From Actinoplanes sp. (lineage in GTDB: Bacteria; Actinomycetota; Actinomycetes; Mycobacteriales; Micromonosporaceae): 64,000 nt of DNA. The DNA lies in the NCBI GenBank assembly GCA_035685405.1, contig DASSAL010000107.1:5089-69088 (forward strand). The letters run 5' to 3'. The notes under the pieces were generated by a model. That model ran no database searches. It saw nothing but the letters and a program-made list of their open reading frames with translations, and was not told the origin of the DNA. This document shows positions 28,003 through 39,560 of this stretch, piece after piece. Every line of letters begins with the position of its first letter. Within the stretch, counting starts at the first letter, position 1. Both the position numbers and the translations under genes were made by a program.

Positions 28003-29025
28003 TCAGAATTGCACCGGCGGGGTGTTGAACGGAGTGATCACCTGGATCGCCGAGGGGTTGGATCTGACCCGCCCGGGCAGCGCACCCTGCGCCTGCATCA
28101 CCGCCCGGCAGGCATGCCGCATGTCCTGTCGCAGGTCGTGGTGCAGCACCGCGGACAGCCGGCCGGCCCGCAGCAGCGCGGCGTTCTCACCGTCCAGGTC
28201 GTGCGCCACGAACACGTCGTACCGCCGCGAATCGAACGCCGCGACCACGGCCGCGTTGCCGCCGGCGCCGGCGTACAGCGAGTAGACCGCGCGGATCGCC
28301 GGGTGGGCGGCGAGGGCCTCCCGGGTGGCGTGGTACACCGCGTCGGCCCGGTCCTCGGCGTCGACCACCTCGAGCAGCCGGCGTCCGGGCGCCCAGGCCC
28401 GCATCTCGTCCCGGAACCCCGCCTCCCGCTCGTCCTCACCGCGGAACGACCCCTGCCCGCGGACCACCAGCACGTCCCCGGCCCGGTCGGCCAGCCACCG
28501 CTCGACCAGGTACGCCGCGGTGGCCCCGGCGGCCCGGTTGTCGATGCCGACGTACGCCACCCGCCGGCTGGTCGGCAGGTCGGTCACCAGGGTCACCACC
28601 GGCACGCCCAGGCGGGCCACCGCGTCGACGATCTCCGGGGCGTCCGGCGCCTTCAAGATCACGCCGTGTGACCTGGTCCGGTGCACCTTCTCCAGCACCG
28701 CGACCAGGTCGCCGGCCGACGGGCCGTCCAGGAAGCGGAACCGGGAGCGGATCACGGCCGGGCGCAACGCCGGCAACTCCGCCTCGAGTGCCGCCTTGAC
28801 CTGGGCGGAGAAGCGCGGCGGAGCCTGCACCACCACGTCGATCATGAAGGTGCGCCCGCCGAGCCGCACCTGCGCCTGCTGCCGGTCCAGATCGGCGATC
28901 GCCTGCCGGACCTCCCGGACGGTGCTTTCCCGGACACCGCCCCGCTGATGCAGCACCCGGTCCACGGTGGCGGCGGACAGCCCGGACTGTGCGGCGATCT
29001 CCCGGATCCGGTACGGATGCTTCAC
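28003..29025 (-). CDS. LacI family transcriptional regulator
   Basis: IREIAAQSGLSAATVDRVL HTH, YVGIDNRAAG. Confidence 0.92.
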   Translation of the reverse strand: MKHPYRIREIAAQSGLSAATVDRVLHQRGGVRESTVREVRQAIADLDRQQAQVRLGGRTFMIDVVVQAPPRFSAQVKAALEAELPALRPAVIRSRFRFLDGPSAGDLVAVLEKVHRTRSHGVILKAPDAPEIVDAVARLGVPVVTLVTDLPTSRRVAYVGIDNRAAGATAAYLVERWLADRAGDVLVVRGQGSFRGEDEREAGFRDEMRAWAPGRRLLEVVDAEDRADAVYHATREALAAHPAIRAVYSLYAGAGGNAAVVAAFDSRRYDVFVAHDLDGENAALLRAGRLSAVLHHDLRQDMRHACRAVMQAQGALPGRVRSNPSAIQVITPFNTPPVQF

Positions 29026-29140
29026 GGCTGGCCTTCAGTCCGATCAAGGTGGTGGTGGGCTGTGGATGGCGTACAGCGTGATGGTTTTTTGAGGTCTTTT
29101 CAATGGCCGTCGACGTTCTGTCCCGCCCTAGCCTGATGCC

Positions 29141-30235
29141 ATGACCTGGTTCACCCACGCCGACTGTGACCTGGCGGAGTTCCGGGCACTGGTCGAGCAG
29201 AAGACCGATCCGGCCGACTATCCGCACGCGGCCGACGTCGTGCAGAACGTGCTGGTCTACGACGCGGCGGCACTCCCGGACCACACCGAGATCGCCCGCG
29301 CGCTGATGGACGGCCCGGGCATCGTGGTCTTCCGCGGCGCTTTCGCGCCGGACGTGGTGGACCGGGCCACCGCGGTGTTCTTCGACCTGATCGCCGAACA
29401 GCACGCCGCCGGCGTGGTGGGCGGCGACCACTTCGCTCAGCCGGGCACGAACGACCGGGTGTGGGGCGCGCTCGACAAGTTCGCGCTGCGCGACCCGCAG
29501 ACCTTCGCCGAGTACTACGACAACGACGTCCTCGCGCTCGTCTCGGGCGCCTGGCTGGGCACCGGCTACCAGGTGACGTCGCAGATCAACGTGGTGAATC
29601 CGGGCGGACGGGCGCAGGTCGCGCACCGCGACTACCACCTCGGCTTCATGTCGCAGGAGCAGGCGCTGCGCTACCCGGCACACATCCACCGGCTGTCGCC
29701 CGCGCTGACCTTGCAGGGTGCGGTGGCGCACGTCGACATGCCGGTGGAGACCGGTCCGACCCGCTATCTGCCGTTCTCGCAGCAGTATCCGCCGGGCTAC
29801 ATCGCCTTCCACCGGCCCGAGTTCACCGCCTATTTCGACGCCCACGACGTCCAGCTGCCGCTGCGCAAGGGCGATGCGGCGTTCTTCAACCCGGCGCTGT
29901 TCCACGGTGCCGGCACCAACGTCTCGGCGGACGTCCGGCGGATGGCAAACCTGCTGCAGGTGTCGTCGGCGTTCGGCCGGGCGATGGAGATCGTCGACCG
30001 GGTGGCCATGTGCGAGGCGCTCTACCCGGTGCTGCGCACCTATCCGGGCAACGTCGAGAATGTGATCGCCGCCTCGGCCGAGGGCTACGCGTTCCCCACC
30101 AACCTCGACCGTGACCAGCCGATCGACGGTCTGGCGCCGCCCACCCAGGCCGACCTGATGCGCCGGGCCCTGGCCGGGGGCTGGATGGTGACCCAGTTCA
30201 CCGATGCGGTCCGCGCGCAGCGTGCGCTAAAGTAG
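29141..30235 (+). CDS. Phytanoyl-CoA dioxygenase (PhyH) family Fe(II)/2OG oxygenase
   Basis: HRD...FHG facial triad, [25 protein letters not shown]. Confidence 0.88.
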   Translation: MTWFTHADCDLAEFRALVEQKTDPADYPHAADVVQNVLVYDAAALPDHTEIARALMDGPGIVVFRGAFAPDVVDRATAVFFDLIAEQHAAGVVGGDHFAQPGTNDRVWGALDKFALRDPQTFAEYYDNDVLALVSGAWLGTGYQVTSQINVVNPGGRAQVAHRDYHLGFMSQEQALRYPAHIHRLSPALTLQGAVAHVDMPVETGPTRYLPFSQQYPPGYIAFHRPEFTAYFDAHDVQLPLRKGDAAFFNPALFHGAGTNVSADVRRMANLLQVSSAFGRAMEIVDRVAMCEALYPVLRTYPGNVENVIAASAEGYAFPTNLDRDQPIDGLAPPTQADLMRRALAGGWMVTQFTDAVRAQRALK

Positions 30236-30239
30236 TTCC

Positions 30240-30308
30240 GCGGTCGAGAGGCGCTGCAACGGGTTCTACCCGCCACGCTCGACCGGCCGAAGACTCCAAG
30301 GGCGCCTC
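30240..30308 (+). ncRNA. SAH riboswitch
   Basis: GGTCGAG-AGGCGCTGCAAC-GGG..CCC-GCCACG-CTCGACC, with downstream GCGCCT able to pair with AGGCGC as the pseudoknot; directly upstream of ahcY. Confidence 0.88.
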
Positions 30309-30320
30309 CTGACGAGGGGG

Positions 30321-31790
<1,470 letters not shown>

Positions 31791-31807
31791 CTCCCGGCCG
31801 CGAGACC

Positions 31808-31851
31808 CCTACCGCACCAGCGCGCCGAGTGGCTCGCCGGTGCGGTGGAGG
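31808..31851 (+). terminator. Hairpin after ahcY
   Basis: Inverted repeat ACCGCACC...GGTGCGGT. Confidence 0.55.
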
Positions 31852-31957
31852 TCGGTCAGCACGTCCGGCATGGCTTCCCGGCGTGGCCATCAGCAAACCG
31901 GCGTTACGCCAGCCGTACCACTGGTTCAAACCATCGGCGTACGGGTACGCGAGGACC

Positions 31958-33247
31958 GTGCGCATCCGTCCCCTCGCGTCCGCCGCCGCAACGCTGGCCC
32001 TGCTCGCCGGCTGCGCCTTCGGCGTCGATGTCGATCGCGCCCAGCCGGTCGTCTCGCCCGGCGGTGACCTGGTCAAGCAGTCGCTGCGCGACGTCGAGCG
32101 ATTCTGGACGACGGCCTTCCCGTCGATCTCCGACGGCGCCGACTTCAAGCCGGTCAGCGGCGGTTTCTACCCGTACACCCGGAATGACCCGCCGCCGCCG
32201 TGCGGCGGTCAGCGGAGCGAGTACCAGCCGAACGCCTTCTACTGCCCGCCGGACGACTTCATCGCCTGGGACGCCCAGACCTTGATCCCGCAGCTTCAGG
32301 AGGACTTCGGCCCCCTGCTGGTGGGCGTGGTGATGGCGCACGAGTACGGCCACGCGGTGCAGCAGCGGCTGCGCCAGCCGGATCAGCCCACCGTGGTGCT
32401 CGAGCAGCAGGCGGACTGCTTCGCCGGCGCCTGGGTGGCCGACGTGCTGGCCGGCCGCTCCACGGTGTTCCGTGACGTGCAGCCCGCTCAGCTGGACGAC
32501 ACGGTCGCCGGGCTGCTGTTGCTGCGCGATCAACCAGGCACACCGGCGCTCGCGCCGCAGGCGCACGGCAACGCGTTCGACCGGGTCCGCGCCTTCCAGG
32601 AGGGCGTCGAGGACGGCGTCACGCGCTGCGCCGAATACCGCGCCGACAACCTGCCGGTGACCGAGGTGCCGTTCTCCACCGAGGCCGAGGCGGCCACCGG
32701 CGGCGACCTGCCCTACGAGCAGGCGGTCACGTTGCTGAGCCGGGACGTCCAGGACTACTGGACCCGGACCTTCCCCGAACTGGCCGGCCAGGCCTGGGCG
32801 CCGCTCGAGGTGGTGCCGTTCGAGACCCCGCCGTCCTGCGCCGACCGGCAGTCGGCCGTCGAGGGCGCGTTCTTCTGCCCATCCGGCGGGTTCGTCGCAT
32901 TCGACAACGTGCGGCTCGGCCCGGCGCTGCACCGGCGGATCGGGGACAATGCGGTGGGCATGCTGATCGGCAACCTGTTCGCCCGCGCCGCGCAGGACCG
33001 CCGCGGCCGGTCCAACGAGGACGAGGCCGGACAACTCGCCGTGGACTGCCTGACCGGCACCTGGACCAACGACCTGCTGACCCGGGACCAGTCGGCCTCG
33101 CTGCGGCTGTCGCCGGGCGACCTGGACGAGGCGGTGGCCGCGCTGCTGGCGTTCGGCCGGGCCGACGGGCAGACCGAGACGACCGCGTTCGAGCGGATCG
33201 CGGCCTACCGCGGTGGTGTCCTGAAAGGTCTGTCCGCCTGCTCCTGA
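31958..33247 (+). CDS. Neutral zinc metallopeptidase lipoprotein (LpqM-like, duplicated domain)
   Basis: Lipobox LAGC, NAFYCP, AHEYGHAVQ, EQQADCFAG, HGNAFDR; the second repeat is degenerate. Confidence 0.87.
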   Translation: MRIRPLASAAATLALLAGCAFGVDVDRAQPVVSPGGDLVKQSLRDVERFWTTAFPSISDGADFKPVSGGFYPYTRNDPPPPCGGQRSEYQPNAFYCPPDDFIAWDAQTLIPQLQEDFGPLLVGVVMAHEYGHAVQQRLRQPDQPTVVLEQQADCFAGAWVADVLAGRSTVFRDVQPAQLDDTVAGLLLLRDQPGTPALAPQAHGNAFDRVRAFQEGVEDGVTRCAEYRADNLPVTEVPFSTEAEAATGGDLPYEQAVTLLSRDVQDYWTRTFPELAGQAWAPLEVVPFETPPSCADRQSAVEGAFFCPSGGFVAFDNVRLGPALHRRIGDNAVGMLIGNLFARAAQDRRGRSNEDEAGQLAVDCLTGTWTNDLLTRDQSASLRLSPGDLDEAVAALLAFGRADGQTETTAFERIAAYRGGVLKGLSACS

Positions 33248-33864
33248 GGACCCGGTCCGTTTCCGCTCCCATCCAGCAGGACGACGTGCAGCCGGCGTGG
33301 GCCGTGCACGCCCTCGACCCGATTCAGCTCGATGTCGCTGGTGGCCGAAGGGCCGCTGATCCAGGTGAGCGGGCGCCGCGGATCCAGCCGGGCCACGGCG
33401 TCCGGCACCGAAGCCACCACCTGGTCCCGCGCGAGCACGCAGACGTGCAGGTCGGGCAGCAGGGACAGGATCCGCCGGCCCTGGTCGGGCGACCCGTCCA
33501 GCACGATGGTGCCGGTTTCCGCGATCGCGACGGTGGCGGCGGTGATCACCGCGTCGGCGGCGGCGATGCGGTCCGCGCCGAGACCATCGTCCGGCCGGGC
33601 GTCCACGGCCGGTGGCAGCCACTCCGGCGGCAGACCCGGGGGTACCACCACGGTCGCGCCGGCCGGAACGATGGTGGCCACGACGTCGGCCACCTCCGCC
33701 CGCGCGCACCGGTGCACCTGGGCCCGGTAGTCGATCAGCCGGTCCACCAGCAGATCGAGATCGACCGGCCCGCCGCCGCGCCGGTACGCCCGGGGCACCT
33801 CCGGCGGCATGGTGCGGCCGAGCGCCGCCCGGATCCGGCTCAGTACCACGTCCCGCGAGCTCAC
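33205..33864 (-). CDS. lutC: Lactate utilization protein C (LUD domain)
   Basis: AIAETGT, ISGPSATSDIELNRVEGVHGP; GTG start overlaps the lutB stop. Confidence 0.9.
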   Translation of the reverse strand: MSSRDVVLSRIRAALGRTMPPEVPRAYRRGGGPVDLDLLVDRLIDYRAQVHRCARAEVADVVATIVPAGATVVVPPGLPPEWLPPAVDARPDDGLGADRIAAADAVITAATVAIAETGTIVLDGSPDQGRRILSLLPDLHVCVLARDQVVASVPDAVARLDPRRPLTWISGPSATSDIELNRVEGVHGPRRLHVVLLDGSGNGPGPQEQADRPFRTPPR

Positions 33865-35291
33865 CGTTTCGCCCACCAGTCGCGGAACGTCTCGGCCGGC
33901 GGTTCCGGCAGGTCGCGGCTGGCCGACCAGCCGTTCAGCGGCGGTGGCAGGCCCCAGCCGCGGCGGCCGGCGAACCGGCTCAACTTCGCGGCGTGCTGGG
34001 CGGCCGCGTACAGCCGGGGGTGGTCCATGGTGTACGCCGCGGCGGCCATCGCCGCGGCCTCGGTGCGCGGGTGCGGCGCCTGGTTGCGCAGGTGCACCAG
34101 GATGGCCGGGATGTCGATCTTCACCGGGCAGGCGTCGAAGCAGGCGCCGCACAGCGACGACGCGTACGGCAGGGAGGCGTTGTCCGCCACGCCGGTGAGC
34201 AGTGGCGACAGGACGGCGCCGATCGGGCCGGGATACACCGATCCGTACGCGTGACCGCCGGTCCGCTCGTACACCGGGCAGACGTTCAGGCAGGCCGAGC
34301 ACCGGATGCAGTGCAGCGCCTGGCGGCCGGTCTCGTCGGCGAGCACCGCGGTCCGCCCGTTGTCCAGCAGCACCAGGTGGAAGTTCTGCGGCCCGTCGCC
34401 CGGCGTCACCCCGGTCCACATCGACGTGTACGGGTTCATCCGCTCCCCGGTGGACGCCCGCGGCAGCAGTTGCAGGAACACCTCGAGGTCCGGCCAGGTG
34501 GGCACCAGCTTCTCGATGCCCATCACGGTGATCAGGGTGTCCGGCAGGGTCAGGCACATCCGGCCGTTGCCCTCCGACTCGACCACCGCCAACGTGCCGG
34601 TCTCGGCGACCGCGAAGTTGGCGCCGGAGATCGCCACCGGAGTCGTCAGAAAGGTCTCGCGCAGATACCGGCGAGCCGCGGCGGCCAGCACCGGCGGGTC
34701 GTCGGTCAGTTCCGGATCCACGCCGGGCATGGCACGCAGGAAGATCTCCCGGATCTCCGACCGGTTGCGGTGGATGGCCGGCACCAGGATGTGGCTCGGC
34801 TTGTCCGCACCCAGCTGCACGATCAGCTCGGCCAGGTCGGTCTCCACCGGCGTGATGCCGGCCGCCTCCAGCGCCTCGTTGAGGCCGATCTCCTGGGTGG
34901 CCATCGACTTGACCTTGATCACCCGCTGCTGGCCGGTGGCCCGCACCAGGTCGGTGACGATCCGGTTGGCCTCGGTGGCGTCGGCCGCCCAGTGCACCAC
35001 CCCGCCGGCCGCGGTCACCCGCTCCTCCAGCTGTTCGAGCAGCTCGGGCAGGCGGGCCATGGTGGCCGCCTTCAGCGCCGACCCGGCCGACCGCAGCTCC
35101 GGCCAGTCCGGCAGTTCGGCGATCACCCGGCCGGACTTGCCGCGGATCGTGGTGGTGGCGTGGCGCAGGTTGCCGCGCAGCTGCGGGTCGGCCAGCGCCT
35201 TGTGCGCCGCCGCCGGAAACGGCTCGTCGCCACGAAGATTGCCCACGCCCCGCGGCGCGGTGGCGGGCATGCCGAGGAAGGTTTGGCTCAT
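33861..35291 (-). CDS. lutB: Lactate utilization protein B (Fe-S)
   Basis: ETDLAE, PSHILVPAIH, SEGNG, CIRCSACLNVCP, SSLCGACFDACP. Confidence 0.93.
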   Translation of the reverse strand: MSQTFLGMPATAPRGVGNLRGDEPFPAAAHKALADPQLRGNLRHATTTIRGKSGRVIAELPDWPELRSAGSALKAATMARLPELLEQLEERVTAAGGVVHWAADATEANRIVTDLVRATGQQRVIKVKSMATQEIGLNEALEAAGITPVETDLAELIVQLGADKPSHILVPAIHRNRSEIREIFLRAMPGVDPELTDDPPVLAAAARRYLRETFLTTPVAISGANFAVAETGTLAVVESEGNGRMCLTLPDTLITVMGIEKLVPTWPDLEVFLQLLPRASTGERMNPYTSMWTGVTPGDGPQNFHLVLLDNGRTAVLADETGRQALHCIRCSACLNVCPVYERTGGHAYGSVYPGPIGAVLSPLLTGVADNASLPYASSLCGACFDACPVKIDIPAILVHLRNQAPHPRTEAAAMAAAAYTMDHPRLYAAAQHAAKLSRFAGRRGWGLPPPLNGWSASRDLPEPPAETFRDWWAKR

Positions 35292-35347
35292 GTGGACGCC
35301 CTCCTCAACGGGTGCGGCGCGACCGGCAAGCTGCTCATGTGGACGCC
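35286..35347. repeat. 15-bp direct repeat duplicating the lutA/lutB junction and enclosing a 16-codon mini-ORF
   Basis: GCTCATGTGGACGCC at 35286-35300 and 35333-35347. Confidence 0.85.
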
Positions 35348-36060
35348 AGGATCTCGGCCAGGTGCACGGTCTGGACGCCGGTGCGCAGCCGGGACAGCCC
35401 GCCGCCGATGTGCATCAGGCAGGACGCGTCCCCGGCGGTGCAGACGTCGGCGCCGGTATCCAGCACGTGCCGCATCTTATCGGCCAGCATCGCGGTGGAC
35501 GTCTCGGCGTTCTTCACCGCGAACGTCCCGCCGAACCCGCAGCACTGGTCGGCCGCCGGCAGCTCGATCAGGCGCAACCCGCGGACGTTGCGCAGCAACC
35601 GCAGCGGCTTGTCGCCCACCCGAAGCACCCGCAGGGAGTGGCAGGTCGGGTGGTAGGTGACCCGATGCGGATAGTAGGCACCGACGTCCTCGATGCCGAG
35701 CACGTCGACGAGCAGTTCGCTGAGCTCGTAGGTGCGGGTGGCGATGTCCGTGGCGCGGGCAGCCAGTCCGTCGTCACCGGCCGCGCCGGCGACCATGGCG
35801 TGCTGGTGGCGCACCGATCCCACGCACGAGCCGGACGGCGCCACCACCACGTCATAGGGCGCGAAGGTACGGACGTACCGCCGGATCAGCGGCAGCGCCT
35901 CCTTCTGGTATCCCGTGTTGACGTGCATCTGCCCGCAGCAGGTCTGCCCGGCCGGGAAGACCACCTCGTGGCCGAGCCGCTCCAGCAGGTGCACGGTGGC
36001 CTTGGCGGCCTGTGGAAAGAGGGTGTCCGCCAGGCAGGTGGCGAACAGCGCGATCCGCAC
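35335..36060 (-). CDS. lutA: Lactate utilization protein A (CCG domains)
   Basis: QTCCGQ, SGSC, YHPTCH, CCGFGGTF, SCLMHI. Confidence 0.93.
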   Translation of the reverse strand: MRIALFATCLADTLFPQAAKATVHLLERLGHEVVFPAGQTCCGQMHVNTGYQKEALPLIRRYVRTFAPYDVVVAPSGSCVGSVRHQHAMVAGAAGDDGLAARATDIATRTYELSELLVDVLGIEDVGAYYPHRVTYHPTCHSLRVLRVGDKPLRLLRNVRGLRLIELPAADQCCGFGGTFAVKNAETSTAMLADKMRHVLDTGADVCTAGDASCLMHIGGGLSRLRTGVQTVHLAEILAST

Positions 36061-36065
36061 CTACC

Positions 36066-37469
36066 TCACCCCCACAGGCGGGACTCGCAGGCCGCCCAGT
36101 CGGTCTCGTCACCGCGCGGCTCGTACCGCCGGATCTGTTGAGTCTCCCGCAGAACCGCCCGCAGCGCCGACAGGTCGCCGGAGACCGCCCCGGCCGCGCG
36201 CGCCTGCACCAGCACGTTGCCCAGCGCGGTGGCCTCCACCGGGCCGGCCAGCACGGGCCGGCCGCAGGCGTCCGCGGTGAGCCGGCAGAGCAGGTCGTTG
36301 CGGGCTCCCCCACCGACGATGTGCACCACGTCCACGGTCCGGCCGGACAGCGTGGCCGCCATCCGCACCGCTCGCCGGTGCGCGAGGGCGAGACTGTCCA
36401 CTATGCACCGGACGAACTCGGCCGGTCCGGACGGCACCGGCTGCCCGGCCGCCCGCAGCTCGGCCGCGATGCGCGCGGGCATGTCACCGGGCGGCAGGAA
36501 ATCCGGCTTGTCCACATCGAACACCGACCTGCGGGCCGGGCAACCGGCCGCCGCCCGGAGCAGGCCGGCCAGCTCCGGTTCGTGCCACGCCCGCATGCAC
36601 TCCTGCAGCAGCCAGAGGCCCATCACGTTGCGCAGATAGCGGATCGTGCCGTCGACCCCGCCCTCGTTGGTGAAGTTGGCCAGCCGGGACTCCTCGCTGA
36701 GCACCGGCTGGTCCAGCTCCACCCCGACCAGCGACCACGTCCCGCAGGAGATGTACGCGAAGTTCGTTCCCTCGGCCGGCACGCCCACCACCGCCGACGC
36801 GGTGTCGTGCGACCCGACGGCGATCACCTCCGGGTGACCGGGGAGATCAGCCGGCCCGATCACCGTGCCGGGCGCGCGCAGCGGCGGGAACAACCCCGGC
36901 GGGATGCCGAGCGAGGTCATCAGCGACGTGGCCCAATCGCCGGACCGCAACTCCATCAGCTGGGTGGTGGAGGCGTTGGTGCGTTCCGCACCGGCCACCC
37001 CGGTGAGCCAGTACGCCAGCAGGTCGGGAATCAGCAGCATCCGGTCGGCGGTCGCCGCGAACGGGTCGGCGAGCAGCTGGTAGAGCGTGTTGAACGGCTG
37101 TTTCTGCAGCCCGGTCTGCGCGTAGAGCTTGTCCTCCGGGATGATCTCGGCCACCCGCTCGGGCACGCCCCGGGTCCGCTCGTCGCGGTAGTGCACCGGG
37201 TTGCCCAGCAGCCGCCCGTCGGCGTCGATCAGCCCGTAATCCACCGCCCAGGTGTCGATGCCGATGCTGTCCACCGGCCCGGCCGCGGCTAGCCCGGCCA
37301 GCACACCGCGGTACAGCGCGAGGATGTCCCAGTGCAGGGTGCCGCGCACCCGGACCGGCTCGTTCGGGAAGCGGTGCGCCTCGGCCAGAGCGAGCGATCC
37401 GCCGTCGAGGCGGCCGACCATCACGCGCCCGCTGGACGCACCGAGGTCGACCGCCGCGAACGACGTCAT
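36066..37469 (-). CDS. rhaB: Rhamnulokinase
   Basis: AVDLGASSGR, DTWAVD, HDTASA, CGTWSL, FTNEGG, PVEATALGN. Confidence 0.93.
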   Translation of the reverse strand: MTSFAAVDLGASSGRVMVGRLDGGSLALAEAHRFPNEPVRVRGTLHWDILALYRGVLAGLAAAGPVDSIGIDTWAVDYGLIDADGRLLGNPVHYRDERTRGVPERVAEIIPEDKLYAQTGLQKQPFNTLYQLLADPFAATADRMLLIPDLLAYWLTGVAGAERTNASTTQLMELRSGDWATSLMTSLGIPPGLFPPLRAPGTVIGPADLPGHPEVIAVGSHDTASAVVGVPAEGTNFAYISCGTWSLVGVELDQPVLSEESRLANFTNEGGVDGTIRYLRNVMGLWLLQECMRAWHEPELAGLLRAAAGCPARRSVFDVDKPDFLPPGDMPARIAAELRAAGQPVPSGPAEFVRCIVDSLALAHRRAVRMAATLSGRTVDVVHIVGGGARNDLLCRLTADACGRPVLAGPVEATALGNVLVQARAAGAVSGDLSALRAVLRETQQIRRYEPRGDETDWAACESRLWG

Positions 37470-39493
37470 CTGAGGAAGGCCGCTGCCACGCCCGCGTCCA
37501 CGGGAACGTGCAGCCCGGTCGTGTGGGACAACTCGCCGCCGGTGAGCACGAACACCGCGTTGGCCACGTGCTCCGGCAGCACCTCACGCTTGAGCAACGT
37601 GCGTTGCGCGTAGTACTCGCCGAGCTGCTCCTCCGGCACGCCGTAGACCGCGGCCCGCTTCGCGCCCCAGCCGCCGGCGAAGATGCCGGAACCTCGGACC
37701 ACCCCGTCCGGGTTGATGCCGTTCACCCGGATGCCGTGGTCGCCGAGTTCCGCGGCGAGCAGGCGCACCTGGTGTGCCTGGTCCGCCTTGGTGGCGCCGT
37801 ACGCCACGTTGTTCGGCCCGGCGAACAGCGAGTTCTTGCTGGAGATGTAGACGATGTCGCCGCCCATCCCCTGCGCCAGCATGACCCGGGCGGCCTCGCG
37901 GGAGACCAGGAACGACCCCTTGGCCATCACGTCGTGTTGTAGGTCCCAGTCCTGTTCGCTGGTCTCCAGCAGCGGCTTGGAGATGGACAGTCCGGCGTTG
38001 TTGACTACGAGATCCACCCCGCCGTACGCCAGCACCGCCGCCCGCAGCGCCGCCGCGACCGCCTCACCGGAGGTGACGTCGGCGGTCACCGCGACCGCCT
38101 TGTCCGCACCGCCGATCTCGTTCGCCACCGCGGCGGCGGAGTCCGAATCCCGGTCGGCGACCACCACGCAGGCGCCCTCCACGGCCAGCCGGAGCGCGAT
38201 CGCCCGGCCGATGCCGGAGCCGCCGCCGGTGACGAAGGCGATCCGGGTGGCCAGTGGCGCCGGCTTGGGGATGCGCTGGAGTTTGGCCTCCTCCAGCGCC
38301 CAGTACTCGATCCGGAACTTCTCCGCCTCGTCGATCGGCGCGTACGCGGAGATCGCGCATGCTCCGGCCATCACGTTGATCGCGTTGACGTAGAACTCGC
38401 CGGCCACCCGGGCGGTCTGCTTGTTCGCCCCGAAGGAGAACATGCCGACGCCCGGCACCAGCACGATGGCCGGGTCGGCGCCGCGCATCGGCGGGCTGTC
38501 CGGGGCGGCGTGCCGCTCGTAGTAGCCGCGGTAGTCATCCCGGTAGGCCGCATGCAGCTCGCGCAGCCGGGCCTCGACCTGGTCCAGCGGCGCGTCCGGC
38601 GCAGTGTCCAGGACCAGCGGCTTGACCTTGGTGCGCAGGAAGTGGTCGGGGCAGGAGGTGCCCAGCGCGGCCAGTTCCGGCATCCGCTCCCGGCCGACGA
38701 AGTCGAGCACCACGCCGGTGTCGGTGTAGTGCCCGACCTGGGGCCGGTCGGTCGAGGCGAGACCACGCAGGACCGGGAACAGCGCGGCGGCCCGCTCCCG
38801 GCGTACCTCGTCGGCCAGCGGCTGGTGCACCAGCTCGCCGAACGGCGCCTCGCGGCCGTGCGTTGCGATCCAGGCCGCGGCTGTGTCGATGATCTCCCGC
38901 GAGTTGGCCTCGCACTCGTCGCTGGTCGCGCCCCACGCGGTGATCCCGTGACCGCCCAGGATCACCCCGATGGCCTGCGGGTTGGCCCGCTGCACCGCGG
39001 CGATGTCCAGGCCGAGCTGGAAACCCGGCCGGCGCCACGGCACCCAGATCACCCGGTCGCCGAAGATCTCCTTGGTCAGCTGCGGACCGTCGGCGGCGGT
39101 GGCCAGCGCGATGCCGGCGTCCGGATGCAGGTGGTCGACGTGCGGCGCGTCGACCAGGCCGTGCATAGCGGTGTCGATGGACGGCGCCGCACCACCCTTG
39201 CCGAACAGGCAGTAGTCGAAAGCGGCGACCATCTCGTCCTCACGCTCGACGCCCGGATAGACGTCCTGCAGCGCCCGGACCCGGTCCAGCCGCAGCACGG
39301 CCAGCCCCTTCTCGGTGAGCGTGCCGAGGTCGCCACCGGACCCCTTCACCCAGACCAGCGGGGTCGGCTGCCCGGTGACCGGATCGGTGGCGTCCCCCTT
39401 GGCCGAGGTGTTGCCGCCGGCGTAGTTCGTGGTGGTCGGATCGGCGCCGAGCCGGTTGCTGCGCGCGATCAGCTCGCCGACGACGCCGGTCAT
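37466..39493 (-). CDS. rhaD: Bifunctional rhamnulose-1-phosphate aldolase/short-chain dehydrogenase (RhaEW type)
   Basis: GGNTSAK, PSIDT, DHLHPD, CPDHFLRTK, EYWALEEAKL, TGGGSGIG, YGATK. Confidence 0.93.
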   Translation of the reverse strand: MTGVVGELIARSNRLGADPTTTNYAGGNTSAKGDATDPVTGQPTPLVWVKGSGGDLGTLTEKGLAVLRLDRVRALQDVYPGVEREDEMVAAFDYCLFGKGGAAPSIDTAMHGLVDAPHVDHLHPDAGIALATAADGPQLTKEIFGDRVIWVPWRRPGFQLGLDIAAVQRANPQAIGVILGGHGITAWGATSDECEANSREIIDTAAAWIATHGREAPFGELVHQPLADEVRRERAAALFPVLRGLASTDRPQVGHYTDTGVVLDFVGRERMPELAALGTSCPDHFLRTKVKPLVLDTAPDAPLDQVEARLRELHAAYRDDYRGYYERHAAPDSPPMRGADPAIVLVPGVGMFSFGANKQTARVAGEFYVNAINVMAGACAISAYAPIDEAEKFRIEYWALEEAKLQRIPKPAPLATRIAFVTGGGSGIGRAIALRLAVEGACVVVADRDSDSAAAVANEIGGADKAVAVTADVTSGEAVAAALRAAVLAYGGVDLVVNNAGLSISKPLLETSEQDWDLQHDVMAKGSFLVSREAARVMLAQGMGGDIVYISSKNSLFAGPNNVAYGATKADQAHQVRLLAAELGDHGIRVNGINPDGVVRGSGIFAGGWGAKRAAVYGVPEEQLGEYYAQRTLLKREVLPEHVANAVFVLTGGELSHTTGLHVPVDAGVAAAFLR

Positions 39494-39560
39494 AGGGTGC
39501 CACCCTTCGCTTGCTCTTCTGGTCCAACGTTTTCGCTGCGCATCACTTCGGTGCAGTCGG

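Noticed and set aside
33205..33247. Convergent 3' overlaps (lutC/peptidase; also narK/response regulator at 3342-3385)
   Set aside because: Short tail overlaps are common in GC-rich genomes, and there is no evidence of function.
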